Part shown: piece by piece, positions 19,493-30,039 of the stretch | How positions within the stretch are numbered: position 1 is the first letter of the stretch | How the letters are laid out: each line of letters starts with the position of its first letter | Assembly: GCA_963762145.1 (NCBI GenBank) | Contig: CAVXJS010000019.1 | Coordinates: 32,001-96,000 of the forward strand | DNA length: 64,000 nucleotides | Reading direction: 5' to 3' | Source: an uncultured Candidatus Rokubacteria bacterium | Lineage (GTDB): Bacteria; Methylomirabilota; Methylomirabilia; Rokubacteriales; CSP1-6 | Position numbers and translations under genes: made by a program | The notes under the pieces: generated by a model | Seen by the model: the letters and a program-made list of their open reading frames with translations, nothing else | The model's database searches: none | What the model was told of the DNA's origin: nothing

Positions 19493-19683
19493 CCGCGGTG
19501 CGGGAGATCGGGCGGCGCGATGGGGGCCGGCTCGGCGCCGGCGAGGTCGAGCGCGGCGAGGCCGCCGAGCACCTCCACGAACGCGTTCAGGCGGTGCGTC
19601 ACCTCGGCCAGGTCGGGGCCGTCGAGCGGCAGGCCGGCGGCGGCGGCGAGCGCGCGGACCTGGTCGGGAGTGAGCTCGATCAT
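19489..19683 (-). CDS. Small GatC/AtzG-like amidase partner subunit (64 aa)
   Basis: MIELTPDQVRALAAAAGLPL...LAALDLAGAEPAP; ATGA overlap with the amidase. Confidence 0.65.
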   Translation of the reverse strand: MIELTPDQVRALAAAAGLPLDGPDLAEVTHRLNAFVEVLGGLAALDLAGAEPAPIAPPDLPHRG

Positions 19684-19772
19684 GCGGGCCGATCCTACCG
19701 GCCGGCGGCGGTGGGGACAACCTCGTTCACGCGCGCCCGGCTGGGGGGCGCTGCTCGCCACGCCGGCGCGCG

Positions 19773-21485
19773 CTAGGCGGGCCCGAGATCCTCCGCGGCG
19801 TCGGCCAGCAGCCGCTCGAATGACGGCGGGAGGTCGATCGGGCGGCCGACCACGCCCGGGCTGTAGCCCTGCAGCCAGTAGCTGTTGGTCGGGTGACCGC
19901 CGCCCGCCACCACGATCACGAAGTTGTCGGGGCTCGCGGTGATCGGCCACGGATCGAGCGCGAGGCTCTCGCGGGCCACCTTGCTGGTGTCGATCTCGAT
20001 CCACGCCGCACCGCCCGCGCGGCGGAGCGCCTCGGCGGGGATGCGGGAGTGCTCCCAGAGGAACTGGCGCATCGAGGCCTTGGTCCAGCCGAGGCCGGCC
20101 ATGGTCTGCGCGACCACGCCCGGGATCATCAGGATACCCGGGGTGCCGTGCTCGTAGCCGGCGAGCCCGGCCATGTTGGGCACGCGCATGAAGTCGGCCA
20201 TGCGGTGCATGCCCTGGAGCGCGTCCTCCTCGGGCGTCTCCTTCTTGGCGCCGCGCCGGCGGATGTTCGTGGCCCCGTTGGCGAAGGCGAGGGAGATCGA
20301 GCTCTCGCCCGGCGCGAAGCCGTGGCGCTCGGTGCCGTGGGGCGCCCATCCCGGGGGCAGGTTGGCCTCGTCCTCCGCGAAGACCACGTTCGTGTAGCGC
20401 AGGCCGCCGTAGTTGGCCATGGTGCCGATGCCGGGCAGGGCGCCGCCGAGGTTCTGCTGCAGCAGGCGCAGCGCGCGGCCGATGCTCGCGCCCGCCGGCC
20501 GCTGCGGATCCGGGCCGAGGCAGCCGAAGCCGGCGTTCAGCCGGATCCGAGCGCCGATCGGCCCGTTGACGATCACCACCGGAAACGCGCTGCCCGACGC
20601 GGCCTGCAGCGCCTCGCTTCCCGACTCGGGATCGAGGAAGGCCTCCACCGCCGCCACGAGGACCGGGAGGTACTCGGGCCGCCCGCCCGCCATCGCCAGC
20701 GCGATGGCGCACGACTCGACCGTGGTCACGCCGCCCCGCGGGGGAAAGGCGCCGAGCTTCCGCCCGCGCGGATGCGCGGCGCCGGCGAGGATCCAGTCCA
20801 CGCGCGCCCGCGTCGGGGGCCAGAGCGGCAGGCCGTCGCCCCAGCGGTTGGCGAGCATCAGGTGGTTGGCGCGGGCGAGCGCGTCCTCGACGCTCGCGCC
20901 CTCCACGGAGATCATGGGCGCCTCGCCCGCGGCGTCGCGGTCGAGAGCCGAGCGCCAGCGCGTCAGCCCGTCGTAGAACTCCTGCTTGCGCGCCTCCACC
21001 GGGGTGATGTCGCTGCCCGGCAGGAACATCTCGATGGGGAAGGTGACCATCGCCGCGTCCGGGGCCAGCCCGAGGCCGGCCACCGCATTCGTCATCACGC
21101 CGACGAAATCGGCCCGGGTGAGCGTGACCGTCGGGATCCCCTGGGCTTCGAGCCTGGCGGCCGACCGGCCGCACGCCGTGGCGCAGGTCCCTCAGGCGGC
21201 GTTGCCGATGATGACGGCGTCGACCCCGCTCGCCTTGACGAGCGCCGCCGTCTCCTCCGAGCCGATCACCGCGTTGCCTTGGGGGAAGGCGTCGATCGGC
21301 AGGACCTCGATGCCGGGGAAGTCCGCTTCGAGCAGCGCCTTGAGCAGCGGCAGCATGCGGTAGGCCTGCCACTGCTCGTTGCTGACGAAACCGATCCGCT
21401 TGCCGGCGAGCGCGTCGATGCGCGGGGCGTGGGGCTGCTTCACCTCGATGGCGCCGGAGGGGTCGTGGAACTCGAGGGTGATCAT
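19773..21485 (-). CDS. UGSC-family selenoprotein fusion (~570 aa) with in-frame UGA at 21192-21194 read as Sec
   Basis: ORF 21192-21485 and ORF 19773-21098 are in the same frame, separated by one TGA. Read-through gives VIIGNAA-U-GTCATACGRSAARLEAQGIPTV. Confidence 0.85.
21157..21172 (-). promoter_or_regulatory. Putative bacterial SECIS hairpin
   Basis: GCGGCC-GGUC-GGCCGC stem-loop starting 19 nt after the UGA. The GGUC apical sequence matches that of the E. coli fdhF SECIS. Confidence 0.7.
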
Positions 21486-21556
21486 TCCGGAGCCGAGTAT
21501 AGCCCAAGGGCCGCGCTTGACCCGGCTCTCTCGCGTGTGTTAGGTCCGAGGGCACC

Positions 21557-22588
21557 ATGACCATCACGATCTTCGGCGCTGGCGCGATCGGAGGCACCAC
21601 CGGGGCCGCCCTGGCCCAGGCGGGGCACGACGTGCTCCTGGTGGACAGCAACGCGGAGCACGTCGCGGCCATCAATGCCCAGGGCCTCACGGTGGAGCGC
21701 GAGGGCAAGACCACCACGACGCGGGTCCCCGCGGTCCTGGCCCGGGATCTCGGTGACGGCCTGGATCTCGTGATGCTGGCCGTGAAGAGCCATCACACGG
21801 AGGACGCGCTCGGTGTGCTGGTTCCGAAGCTGGCGGCGGGGAGCACCGTGGTGTCGCTGCAGAACGGGCTCAGCGAGGAGCAGATCGCCCGCGCGGTGGG
21901 CCCGGCGCGCACCGTCGGCTGCCTGGTGAACTGGGCCGCGGACTGGGTGGCCCCGGGGCGCATCCTCCACGGAGGCCACGGGGCCTTCGTGCTGGGCGAG
22001 CTCGACGGCCGGATCACCTCTCGCGTGAAGGATCTGGCCGCGCTGCTGAGCGCGGTGGAGCAGACGCCGGTCACGGACAACATCTGGGGCTACAAGTGGG
22101 GCAAGCTCATCTACGGGGCGCTCCTCTTCGGCACCGCGGTGGTGGACGCCCACGTGTACGAGGTCGTGGAGCGGAGCCACGGCGTGCAGCAGGCGCTGGT
22201 GGGGATCGTGGGCGAGGGGCTCGCGGTGGCCGACAAGGCGGGGGTACGCGTCGAGCCCTTCGACGAGTTCGATCCGGCCTGGTACCGCGCCGCGCTGGCC
22301 GGGGACACGAGCGCGCGGACGCGCGCGATGACCGCCATCGCCGCGCACTACCGCGCCCACACCAAGACCAAGACCGGCATCTGGCGCGATCTCGCGGTGC
22401 GCAAGCGCAAGACCGAGGTGGACGGCCAGCTCGGCATGCTCGCGCGCAAGGGCGAGGGCCTCGGCGTGGCCATGCCGCTGACCCGACGGCTCGGCGAGCT
22501 GATCCGCGATCTGGAGGACGGCCGCCGGCAGATGGACTGGGCCAACCTCGATCCGCTCGTCGCCCTCGCGGGCGGGGCGCGCGCGTGA
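21557..22588 (+). CDS. Ketopantoate reductase (PanE/ApbA) family oxidoreductase
   Basis: IFGAGAIGG, LAVKS, SLQNGL, KWGKL, KTEVD. Confidence 0.88.
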   Translation: MTITIFGAGAIGGTTGAALAQAGHDVLLVDSNAEHVAAINAQGLTVEREGKTTTTRVPAVLARDLGDGLDLVMLAVKSHHTEDALGVLVPKLAAGSTVVSLQNGLSEEQIARAVGPARTVGCLVNWAADWVAPGRILHGGHGAFVLGELDGRITSRVKDLAALLSAVEQTPVTDNIWGYKWGKLIYGALLFGTAVVDAHVYEVVERSHGVQQALVGIVGEGLAVADKAGVRVEPFDEFDPAWYRAALAGDTSARTRAMTAIAAHYRAHTKTKTGIWRDLAVRKRKTEVDGQLGMLARKGEGLGVAMPLTRRLGELIRDLEDGRRQMDWANLDPLVALAGGARA

Positions 22589-24348
22589 GGCGCCCGCACT
22601 GGGGCTGGCAGGACCCGCTGGAGGCCGCGCTCCTGCCCGCGGTCTCAGCCGACTCGCTGATGACCCACGCCCGCGCCATCGCCACCTGGGAGCGCGAGTC
22701 GGGCAGCCCGGGCGAGGCGCGCGCCTTCGACTACATCGAAGCCTGCCTCAAGCGCTATGGCCTCGAGGTGGAGCGCCGCGAGATCGAGGCCTACATCTCG
22801 CTGCCGCTGGAGTCACGCGTGCTCCTGCCCGACGGCACCGTGATCGGGGCGCTGACCCATTCGTTCTCCGCCTCCACCGGGCCAGAAGGTCTCGAGGCGG
22901 AGCTGGTGGACGGCGGCGACGGCACCGTGGAGACGCTGACGCGGGTCGGCGCGCGGGGCAAGCTCGCCCTGGTGGACAACTTCGCCACCCCGGCGAAGGC
23001 GTGGGCCGCGCAGGAGGCGGGTACCCTGGGCCAGCTCTTCACGAACCTGGACCATCTGCACAACATGATCGTCACCACGATCTGGGGCACGCCCAGCCCG
23101 GAGACCGCGTGGCGGATCCCGAAGCTGCCGTGCTCCTCCATCAAGAAGGTGGACGCGGAGAATCTGCGCGCGCGGCTCCAGGCCGGCCCGCTCCGCGTGC
23201 GGCTCGTGACACGCGTGCGCACCGAGTGGATGCCGATCCCGCATCTCACCGGCCACCTCGCTGGGGCCGAGGAGGCCTTCACGCTCTTCTCCGGCCACGT
23301 GGACGCCTGGCATCACGGCGCGATGGACAACGGCAGCGCCAACGCCACCATGCTCGAGGTGGCGCGACTGCTGGGCGGCCATCGCGGCCGGCTGCGCCGG
23401 GGGCTGCGGCTGGCCTTCTGGTCCGGCCACTCGCACGGGCGCTACGCGGGCTCGGCCTGGTACGCCGATCACGCCTGGCGCGAGCTCGAGCGCGACGGCG
23501 TGCTCCACCTCAACGTGGATTCGACCGGCGCGAAGGGCGCGACCGACTTCACCGTCTTCCACGCCACCGAGGACGCGGCGGACTTCGCGGAGGCGGTGGT
23601 GGCCGACGTGACCGGCCAGCGGGGGCGGGCCCGGCACTTCTCGCGCGCGGGGGACCAGTCCTTCTGGGGCATCGGGCTGCCCAGCGCGTTCATGTCCATG
23701 TCGCAGCTGCCGCCCCAGGACACGGAGTTCGGCCGGACCACCGAGCGGCTCTTCGGCACCTCCGGCTTCCCCTGGTGGTGGCACACCCTCGAGGACACCA
23801 TCGACAAGCTCGACGGCGCCGTCCTGGCCCACGACACGAAGGTCTTCGTGGCTTCCGCGCTGCGCCTCTGCAATGCGCCGGTGCTGCCGCTGGGACCGGC
23901 CCGCGCCGCGCGAGCGGTGGCGGACGCCGCCGCGGAGCTGCACGCGGGGGCGAGCGGCCGATTCGATCTCTCGCCGCTGGTCGCAGCCGCCCGCGGGCTG
24001 GCCGCCTCCCTCGACGCGGCGGCTCCCGGGCTCGCGCGCCTGGCCGCCACCGACGGGGCCGAGACCGCGGCGGTCAACCGGCTCCTCATGCGCCTGTCGC
24101 GCGCGCTGGTGCCGCTGCTCTTCACCGGCGGCGACCGCTTCACCCATGACCTGGCCGTCGGCGTCCCGCCGCTCGCGGGGCTGCAGCGCGCCCGGGAGCT
24201 GCCCGGCATGGACGCCGCCGCCGACCTCGCCAAGTTCTCGCTCGCCGCGCTGGGGCGCGAGCGCAACCGTGCGCATCACGCGCTCGACGTGGCCTCCGAT
24301 CTCGCCGCCGAGCTCGGCACCCGCGTCCCACAAGGAGAGATTCGATGA
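22585..24348 (+). CDS. M28 family metallopeptidase/hydrolase with PA domain
   Basis: GHVDAWHHGAMDNGS, WSGHSHGRYAGS, WWHTLEDT. Confidence 0.85.
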   Translation: MRRPHWGWQDPLEAALLPAVSADSLMTHARAIATWERESGSPGEARAFDYIEACLKRYGLEVERREIEAYISLPLESRVLLPDGTVIGALTHSFSASTGPEGLEAELVDGGDGTVETLTRVGARGKLALVDNFATPAKAWAAQEAGTLGQLFTNLDHLHNMIVTTIWGTPSPETAWRIPKLPCSSIKKVDAENLRARLQAGPLRVRLVTRVRTEWMPIPHLTGHLAGAEEAFTLFSGHVDAWHHGAMDNGSANATMLEVARLLGGHRGRLRRGLRLAFWSGHSHGRYAGSAWYADHAWRELERDGVLHLNVDSTGAKGATDFTVFHATEDAADFAEAVVADVTGQRGRARHFSRAGDQSFWGIGLPSAFMSMSQLPPQDTEFGRTTERLFGTSGFPWWWHTLEDTIDKLDGAVLAHDTKVFVASALRLCNAPVLPLGPARAARAVADAAAELHAGASGRFDLSPLVAAARGLAASLDAAAPGLARLAATDGAETAAVNRLLMRLSRALVPLLFTGGDRFTHDLAVGVPPLAGLQRARELPGMDAAADLAKFSLAALGRERNRAHHALDVASDLAAELGTRVPQGEIR

Positions 24349-25938
24349 CGCGATTCCGGAACGCGTGGCTCGTCCTCATCGCCGTCGCGGTCGCCGCGGG
24401 CCTCCTGGCCGCCGCCGGCCCGGCCGAGGCCCAGAAGCGGGGCGGCACGCTCACCATCGTGCGCCCCACCGATCCCGTCTCGCTGGAGCCGAACCTCGAG
24501 ACCACCGCGCCCGGCGCGTGGGTGTACTTCAACATGCTCGAGGGGCTGCTGACCCTCGACACCAAGATGCAGGTCCAGCCCTCGCTGGCCACCTCCTACG
24601 AGGTGATGTCGCCCACGCGGGTGCGCTTCAAGCTGCGCCCCAACGTGAAGTTCCACGACGGCACGCCGCTGAACGCGGCCGCGGTGAAGTTCACCTTCGA
24701 CCGCGCGCTGAAGGGCACGCCGCCCGCGCGCTGGGCCAGCCTCGCCGGGTCGCTCGAGGGCGCCGAGGTGGTGGACAACCTCACGGTGGACATCGTCACC
24801 CGGGAGCCGTACGGCCCGGTGCTGCGCACGCTCGCGATGTACTGCATGGGCATCGTGTCGCCGACGGCGGTGGGCAAGCTGGGCGCGGACTTCAGCCGGG
24901 CGCCCGGTGGGCACGGGGCCGTTCAAGTTCGTCGAGTGGAAGACCAACACCCACGTCATCATCGAGCGCTTCCCGGACTACTGGGGCGACAAGGCGCTGC
25001 TCGACCGCGTGATCTTCAAGGTCGTGCCCGAGGAGGGCGCCCGGATGATCGCGCTCCAGACCGGGGACGCGGACATGGTGCTGTTCCCCTCGCCGGCGCA
25101 GCTCCCGCGCTCCGGAAGGACGCGAAGTTCACCGTGCACGAGAGCACCGGGGTCCGGGTGGTCTTCGCGGGCTTCCACGCGGGCATGCCGCCGCTGGACG
25201 ACGTGCGCGTGCGCCAGGCCCTGCTCCACGCGGTGGACCGGAAGGCCATCGTGGAGAACATCATGGAGGGCTCGGCGGGGCCCGCGATGGGCGTGCTCGC
25301 GCCCGGCGTGTTCGGCTACAAGGACATGCAGCTCGACAAGCTCTACCCGTTCGATCGCGCGAAGGCCAAGGCGCTGCTGGCCCAGGCGGGCTGGACACCG
25401 GGAGCCGACGGCATCCTGCAGAAGGGCGGCCAGCGGCTGTCGCTCTCCTGGCTCGCCGCGCGCGGCCGCTACCCCAAGGACGGCGAGATCACCGAGGCCA
25501 TCCAGGCGATGTTCAAGGAGGTCGGGGTCGAGGCCAAGGTGCAGGTGCTCGAGTGGGCGGCGGTGTTCCACGCAGGTCCGCGGCAACCCGCTCAACCACC
25601 ACATGTTCACGCTGGGCTGGGTCACCTCCAACGCCGACGCGGACTACTCCCTCTACGCGCTCTTCCACAGCAAGCAGGTGCCGCCCGCCGGCTGGAACAC
25701 CTCGCGCTACGCGAACCCCAGGGTGGACACCCTCGTGGAGCAGGCGCGCCGCAGCCTGAACCAGTCGGAGCGCGAGAAGCTCTACTTCGAGGTGCAGGAC
25801 ATCCTGGCCAAGGAGATGGTGTGGATCCCGGTGTACACGACCAAGGAGATCATCGTCACCCGGGCCAGCGTGAAGGGCTTCACCATTCACCCGGTCGAGT
25901 ACAACCTCTGGCTGGGGAAGGCCTGGCTCGACAAGTAG
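24345..25938 (+). CDS. ABC substrate-binding protein, family 5 (frameshifted ~24905, ~25105, ~25570)
   Basis: Pieces in three frames: VKFHDGTPL / GTGPFKF / VRVRQAL / YANPRVD...AWLDK. Confidence 0.85.
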
Positions 25939-25949
25939 CCCCGTCCGCG

Positions 25950-26876
25950 ATGCTGACGTTCCTCGTCCGGCGCCTGATGCTGGCGGTGCCGGTGCTGCTG
26001 GGCGTCGTCTTCGTCGTCATGCTCACCGTCGAGCTGATTCCGGGCGACGCGGTGGCGCTGATGCTGGGCGAGCACGCCACGCCGGAGGCGGTGGCCAAGC
26101 TCCGCGACTACCTCGGGCTCGACAAGCCGATGGTCGTCCGCTACGTGGAGTACGTCGGGCGCGTGGCGCGGGGCGACCTCGGGCGCTCCATCCAGCAGAA
26201 CCGCCCGGTGGTCGACGAGCTGGGCGACGTCTGGCCGGCCACCCTCGAGCTGACGGTGGCGGCGCTGGTGCATCGCCGCCGTGGTGGGCGTGCTCGCCGG
26301 CCTCGTCTCCGCGGTGTGGCCGAACTCGTGTGTTCGACACGCTGGCCCGCATCGGCTCGCTGTTCGGGCTCTCCATGCCCGTGTTCTGGACGGGCCTCGT
26401 CCTCATCGTGGTGTTCGCGTTCTGGCTGTCGTGGTTCCCGGTGGGCGGGCACCGGCGGCCTCTCGCACCTGGTGCTGCCCGCGGTGACGCTGGCGCTGCC
26501 CTCGGTGGCCATGGTCGCGCGCATGACGCGCTCGAGCGTGCTGGACGTGCTGCGCGAGGACTACGTGCGCACCGCGCGGGCCAAGGGCGTGGCCGAGCGG
26601 CTCGTGGTGTCCAAGCACGCGCTCCGCAACGCGGCCATCCCCATCCTGACCCTGCTGGGGCTGCAGGCCGGGCAGCTCATGGGCGGCGCGGTGCTGACCG
26701 AGACGGTGTTCGCGTGGCCGGGGCTCGGGCGGCTCATCGTCAAGGCCATCTTCGCGCGCGACTACGTGCTGGTGCAGGGGGCGGTGCTGGTCTTCGCGGT
26801 GGCCTTCGTCGTCATCAACCTCGCGGTGGATCTGGCCTACGGCGCGCTCGATCCGCGCGTGTCGCGGCAGGGCTAG
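25950..26876 (+). CDS. ABC peptide permease (DppB/OppB-like; frameshifted)
   Basis: MLTFLVRRL, EDYVRTARAKG, TETVFAWPGLG, LDPRV. Confidence 0.88.
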   Translation: MLTFLVRRLMLAVPVLLGVVFVVMLTVELIPGDAVALMLGEHATPEAVAKLRDYLGLDKPMVVRYVEYVGRVARGDLGRSIQQNRPVVDELGDVWPATLELTVAALVHRRRGGRARRPRLRGVAELVCSTRWPASARCSGSPCPCSGRASSSSWCSRSGCRGSRWAGTGGLSHLVLPAVTLALPSVAMVARMTRSSVLDVLREDYVRTARAKGVAERLVVSKHALRNAAIPILTLLGLQAGQLMGGAVLTETVFAWPGLGRLIVKAIFARDYVLVQGAVLVFAVAFVVINLAVDLAYGALDPRVSRQG

Positions 26877-26878
26877 CG

Positions 26879-27775
26879 ATGGCCATCTCCGCGGTGGGAG
26901 CGCTCGAGGGCCCGGCGGTGGCGGTGGTCGAGACGGGGCGGCTGAGCGCCTGGGGCCAGTTCCGGCGCAATCGCCTCGCGGTGGCCGGGCTGGCCATCGT
27001 GGCCCTGCTCCTCGTCGCGGCCCTGGGCGCGCCGTGGCTCTCGCCCTTCGATCCCGCCAAGCAGAGCCTGATCGAGAAGCGCGCGAAGCCGGGCGGGAAG
27101 TTCCTCCTCGGCGCGGACGAGTTCGGCCGCGACATCCTCTCGCGCGTGATCTACGGCAGTCGCGTCGCGCTGATGGTGAGCGTGCTCTCGGTGGCGGTGG
27201 CCCTCTCGCTCGGGCTCACGCTCGGCTGCCTGGCCGGATTCCTCGGCGGCTGGACCGACGCGCTCGTGATGCGCGCGACGGAGGTCCTGCTGGCCTTCCC
27301 CTATCTGCTGCTCGCGATCGCCGTGGTGTCCGCGCTCGGGCCCGGGGTGGTCAACACCACGCTCGCGGTGGGCATCTGGGGCGCGCCCACCGTGATCCGC
27401 GTGGTGCGCGGCGCGGTGCTGGTCGCGCGCGAGACCGAGTACGTGAGCGCGGCGCGGGCGCTGGGCGCCACCGCGCTGCAGGTGCTGACGCGCCACGTGC
27501 TGCGCAACATGCTGCCCACCGTGATCGTGTACTCCACGCTCTTCATGGCCAACGCCATCCTGGTGGAGGCCGCGCTGTCCTTCCTGGGGCTGGGCGTGCA
27601 GCCGCCCACACCCTCGTGGGGGCTCATGGTCTCCACCGGCCGCGATCTCCTCCTGGTGGCCCCGCACGTGGCGACGATTCCGGGGCTGGCCATCCTGGTC
27701 GCGGTGCTGGGGTTCAATCTCCTGGGCGATGGGCTGCGCGACGCGCTCGACCCGCGCCTGCGGGGCCGGATCTGA
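26879..27775 (+). CDS. ABC peptide permease (DppC/OppC-like)
   Basis: [34 protein letters not shown]. Confidence 0.92.
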   Translation: MAISAVGALEGPAVAVVETGRLSAWGQFRRNRLAVAGLAIVALLLVAALGAPWLSPFDPAKQSLIEKRAKPGGKFLLGADEFGRDILSRVIYGSRVALMVSVLSVAVALSLGLTLGCLAGFLGGWTDALVMRATEVLLAFPYLLLAIAVVSALGPGVVNTTLAVGIWGAPTVIRVVRGAVLVARETEYVSAARALGATALQVLTRHVLRNMLPTVIVYSTLFMANAILVEAALSFLGLGVQPPTPSWGLMVSTGRDLLLVAPHVATIPGLAILVAVLGFNLLGDGLRDALDPRLRGRI

Positions 27776-28552
27776 TGCGCCTCGCGGGGCGGACCGCCAT
27801 CGTCACCGGGGCGGCCAACGGCATCGGCCGCGCCATCTGCGTGGGCCTGGCGGCCGAGGGCGCCGCGGTCTGGGCCTGCGACGTGCTCGGCCCCGAGCTC
27901 GAGGAGACCCGCCGGTCGCTGGAGGCCGCGGGTCCGGCGGCGGCCCGCGCCGGGATCGTCGACGTGCGGAGCCCGGACGCGGTCGGGGACTTCGTGGCGC
28001 GGGCGGAAGGAGAAACCGGTCGGATAGACGTGCTCGTCAACACGCGCGGGCGGCGTGGCCGGCCAGGTCAACAAGCCCGTCGAGGAGGTGTCGGACGCCG
28101 AGTGGCGCGTGATCTTCGCGATCAACCTGGACGGCGCCTTCCACTTCACCCGCGCGGTGGCCCCCGCCATGAAGCGCGCCGGGCGCGGCGCGATCGTGAA
28201 CATCTCCTCCGGAGCCGGCCGCTCCTACAGCCTCACCGGCATCCAGGCCTACGCCAGCGCCAAGGCCGGGCTCATCGGCTTCACGCGCCAGACCGCCCGC
28301 GAGCTCGGCGCGCACGGCATCCGCGTCAACTGCGTGGCCCCGGGCTTCGTGCGCTCCAATCCCGCCTCCGAGCGGCAGTGGCACGCGATGGGCGAGGCCG
28401 GCCAGCAGCGGCTGGTGGACTCCATCGCCCTGCGCCGCATCGGCACGCCCGAGGACATCGCCCGCGCCGTGCTCTTCTTCTGCGGCGACGACTCGGCCTA
28501 CGTCACCGGCCAAACCATCAGCGTCGACGGCGGGATGTGGATGCTCGGCTGA
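27775..28552 (+). CDS. SDR family oxidoreductase (frameshift ~28045)
   Basis: TGAANGIG, YASAK (YxxxK), VTGQTISVDGG. Confidence 0.88.
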
Positions 28553-28561
28553 GGGCAGCCT

Positions 28562-29053
28562 TTAGCGGTTGCGGCGGATGCGCCGGACGCTGACCACCGC
28601 GAACGCGGCCAGGAAGATCCACACCAGCACCGCACCGATCCCGAAGACGGCGCGCCCGACGGTCTCGTCGCCGGGGCCTCGGCCGACGCCGGGGAGGGTC
28701 ACGGTGAAGGCGCGGGGACCGGGCCCGAACGCGATCCAGGAGCCGACCGCGCCGAGCCCGCCGATGATCCCGACCCCGAGCAGGGTCTGGGTGATGCGCA
28801 CCCACCGCGGCGTGCCGGCCGGCAGGTCGCCGTCGGGTCCGGCGCCGCCCGCCACCGCGTAGCCCACGATCAGGGCGGCGCCGAGGAGCACGAACATGGA
28901 GCCGGCGCAGGCGACCACCCAGCGGGGCGCCTCGAGCGAGGCGTCGCCGCCCGGGATCATGCCCACGGCCAGGAGCACGATGAAGACGCCCATCCCGCTG
29001 ACGACGAGGCCGAGGGCCACCGCGGCCCGGGGCGAGAGGGGCGTCGCGCTCAC
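28562..29053 (-). CDS. Hypothetical 4-TM membrane protein
   Basis: Four hydrophobic segments; GTGA overlap with the upstream oxygenase. Confidence 0.7.
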   Translation of the reverse strand: MSATPLSPRAAVALGLVVSGMGVFIVLLAVGMIPGGDASLEAPRWVVACAGSMFVLLGAALIVGYAVAGGAGPDGDLPAGTPRWVRITQTLLGVGIIGGLGAVGSWIAFGPGPRAFTVTLPGVGRGPGDETVGRAVFGIGAVLVWIFLAAFAVVSVRRIRRNR

Positions 29054-30036
29054 CGGGTCCGGGCGGCGGTGAATCCGGTCTTGGCGTACTTCACGTCGCG
29101 GTAGTCGCCCGAGAGCACCGGGGCGTGGCGAGGGGCGCCCTGCGAGGGCAGGCACTCGATGAGCGCGTCGTAGTTCGGGTGATTGAAGAAGGCGATGGAC
29201 AGGCGCGCGCCGCCCGCCGCCCCCGTCGCGGGCGGGTTCACCACACGGTGCAGGTTCGAGAGCCACCGGTCGTTGGTCCAGCGCATCAGCAGGTCGCCGA
29301 TGTTCACCACGAAGGTGGTGGGGGAGGTCGGCACGTCCACCCAGCGATCGTCGCGCGTGCGCACCTGCAGGCCGCCGGGCACGTCCTCGCCGCTCAGGAT
29401 CGTGAACCCGCCGTAGTCGGTATGGGCGCTGGCGCGAAGCTGGCCGGGCTCGGGGGGCACGGCCTGGGCCGGGTAGTAGTTGAGCCGCATGGTGCCGATC
29501 GAGCGGTCCACCTTGTCGTCGAAGAAGTCCTCCGCCACGTCGAGGGCGAGGGCGGCCAGCCGCATGAGCGTGACGATGAGCCCGCTCATGGCCCGGTAGT
29601 ACGTGGTGGCCGCGCGCTCGAAGCCCGCCGGCGCGGCCGGCCAGAGGTTCGGCTCGAAGTGCCGACGGCCCAGGGGACCCGTGTAGTACGGGTCGGAGGA
29701 GACGTCCACCGGACCCACGTGGAAGAACTCCTTCAGGTCGGGCGCCGCTGCGGTGTCGTTGGCGGACGCCAGCGTCTCGCCGGCCACCGGATGATAGCCG
29801 CGGTTGGTGCCCGCGACGGGATGCCGGGCCGCGAGCTTGGCCGCGAGGGGCAGCGCGAAGAACGCGTGGGCGCGCCCACGCAGGTCGTCCACCAGGGCGT
29901 CGGGGATCCCGTGGCCGGTGATGGCGAAGAAGCCGATCTCGCGGCAGGCCGCGTCGATCGCGCGGGCGATCGCCAGACGGTCGGCCTGACCCCCGTGGTG
30001 GGCCGGCCCCAGGTCGATGACCGGGACGGAGGCCAT
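29050..30036 (-). CDS. Isopenicillin N synthase-like 2OG-Fe(II) oxygenase
   Basis: VPVIDL, HTDYG, VNIGDLL, HRV, RLSIAFF. Confidence 0.92.
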   Translation of the reverse strand: MASVPVIDLGPAHHGGQADRLAIARAIDAACREIGFFAITGHGIPDALVDDLRGRAHAFFALPLAAKLAARHPVAGTNRGYHPVAGETLASANDTAAAPDLKEFFHVGPVDVSSDPYYTGPLGRRHFEPNLWPAAPAGFERAATTYYRAMSGLIVTLMRLAALALDVAEDFFDDKVDRSIGTMRLNYYPAQAVPPEPGQLRASAHTDYGGFTILSGEDVPGGLQVRTRDDRWVDVPTSPTTFVVNIGDLLMRWTNDRWLSNLHRVVNPPATGAAGGARLSIAFFNHPNYDALIECLPSQGAPRHAPVLSGDYRDVKYAKTGFTAARTR

Positions 30037-30039
30037 CGC

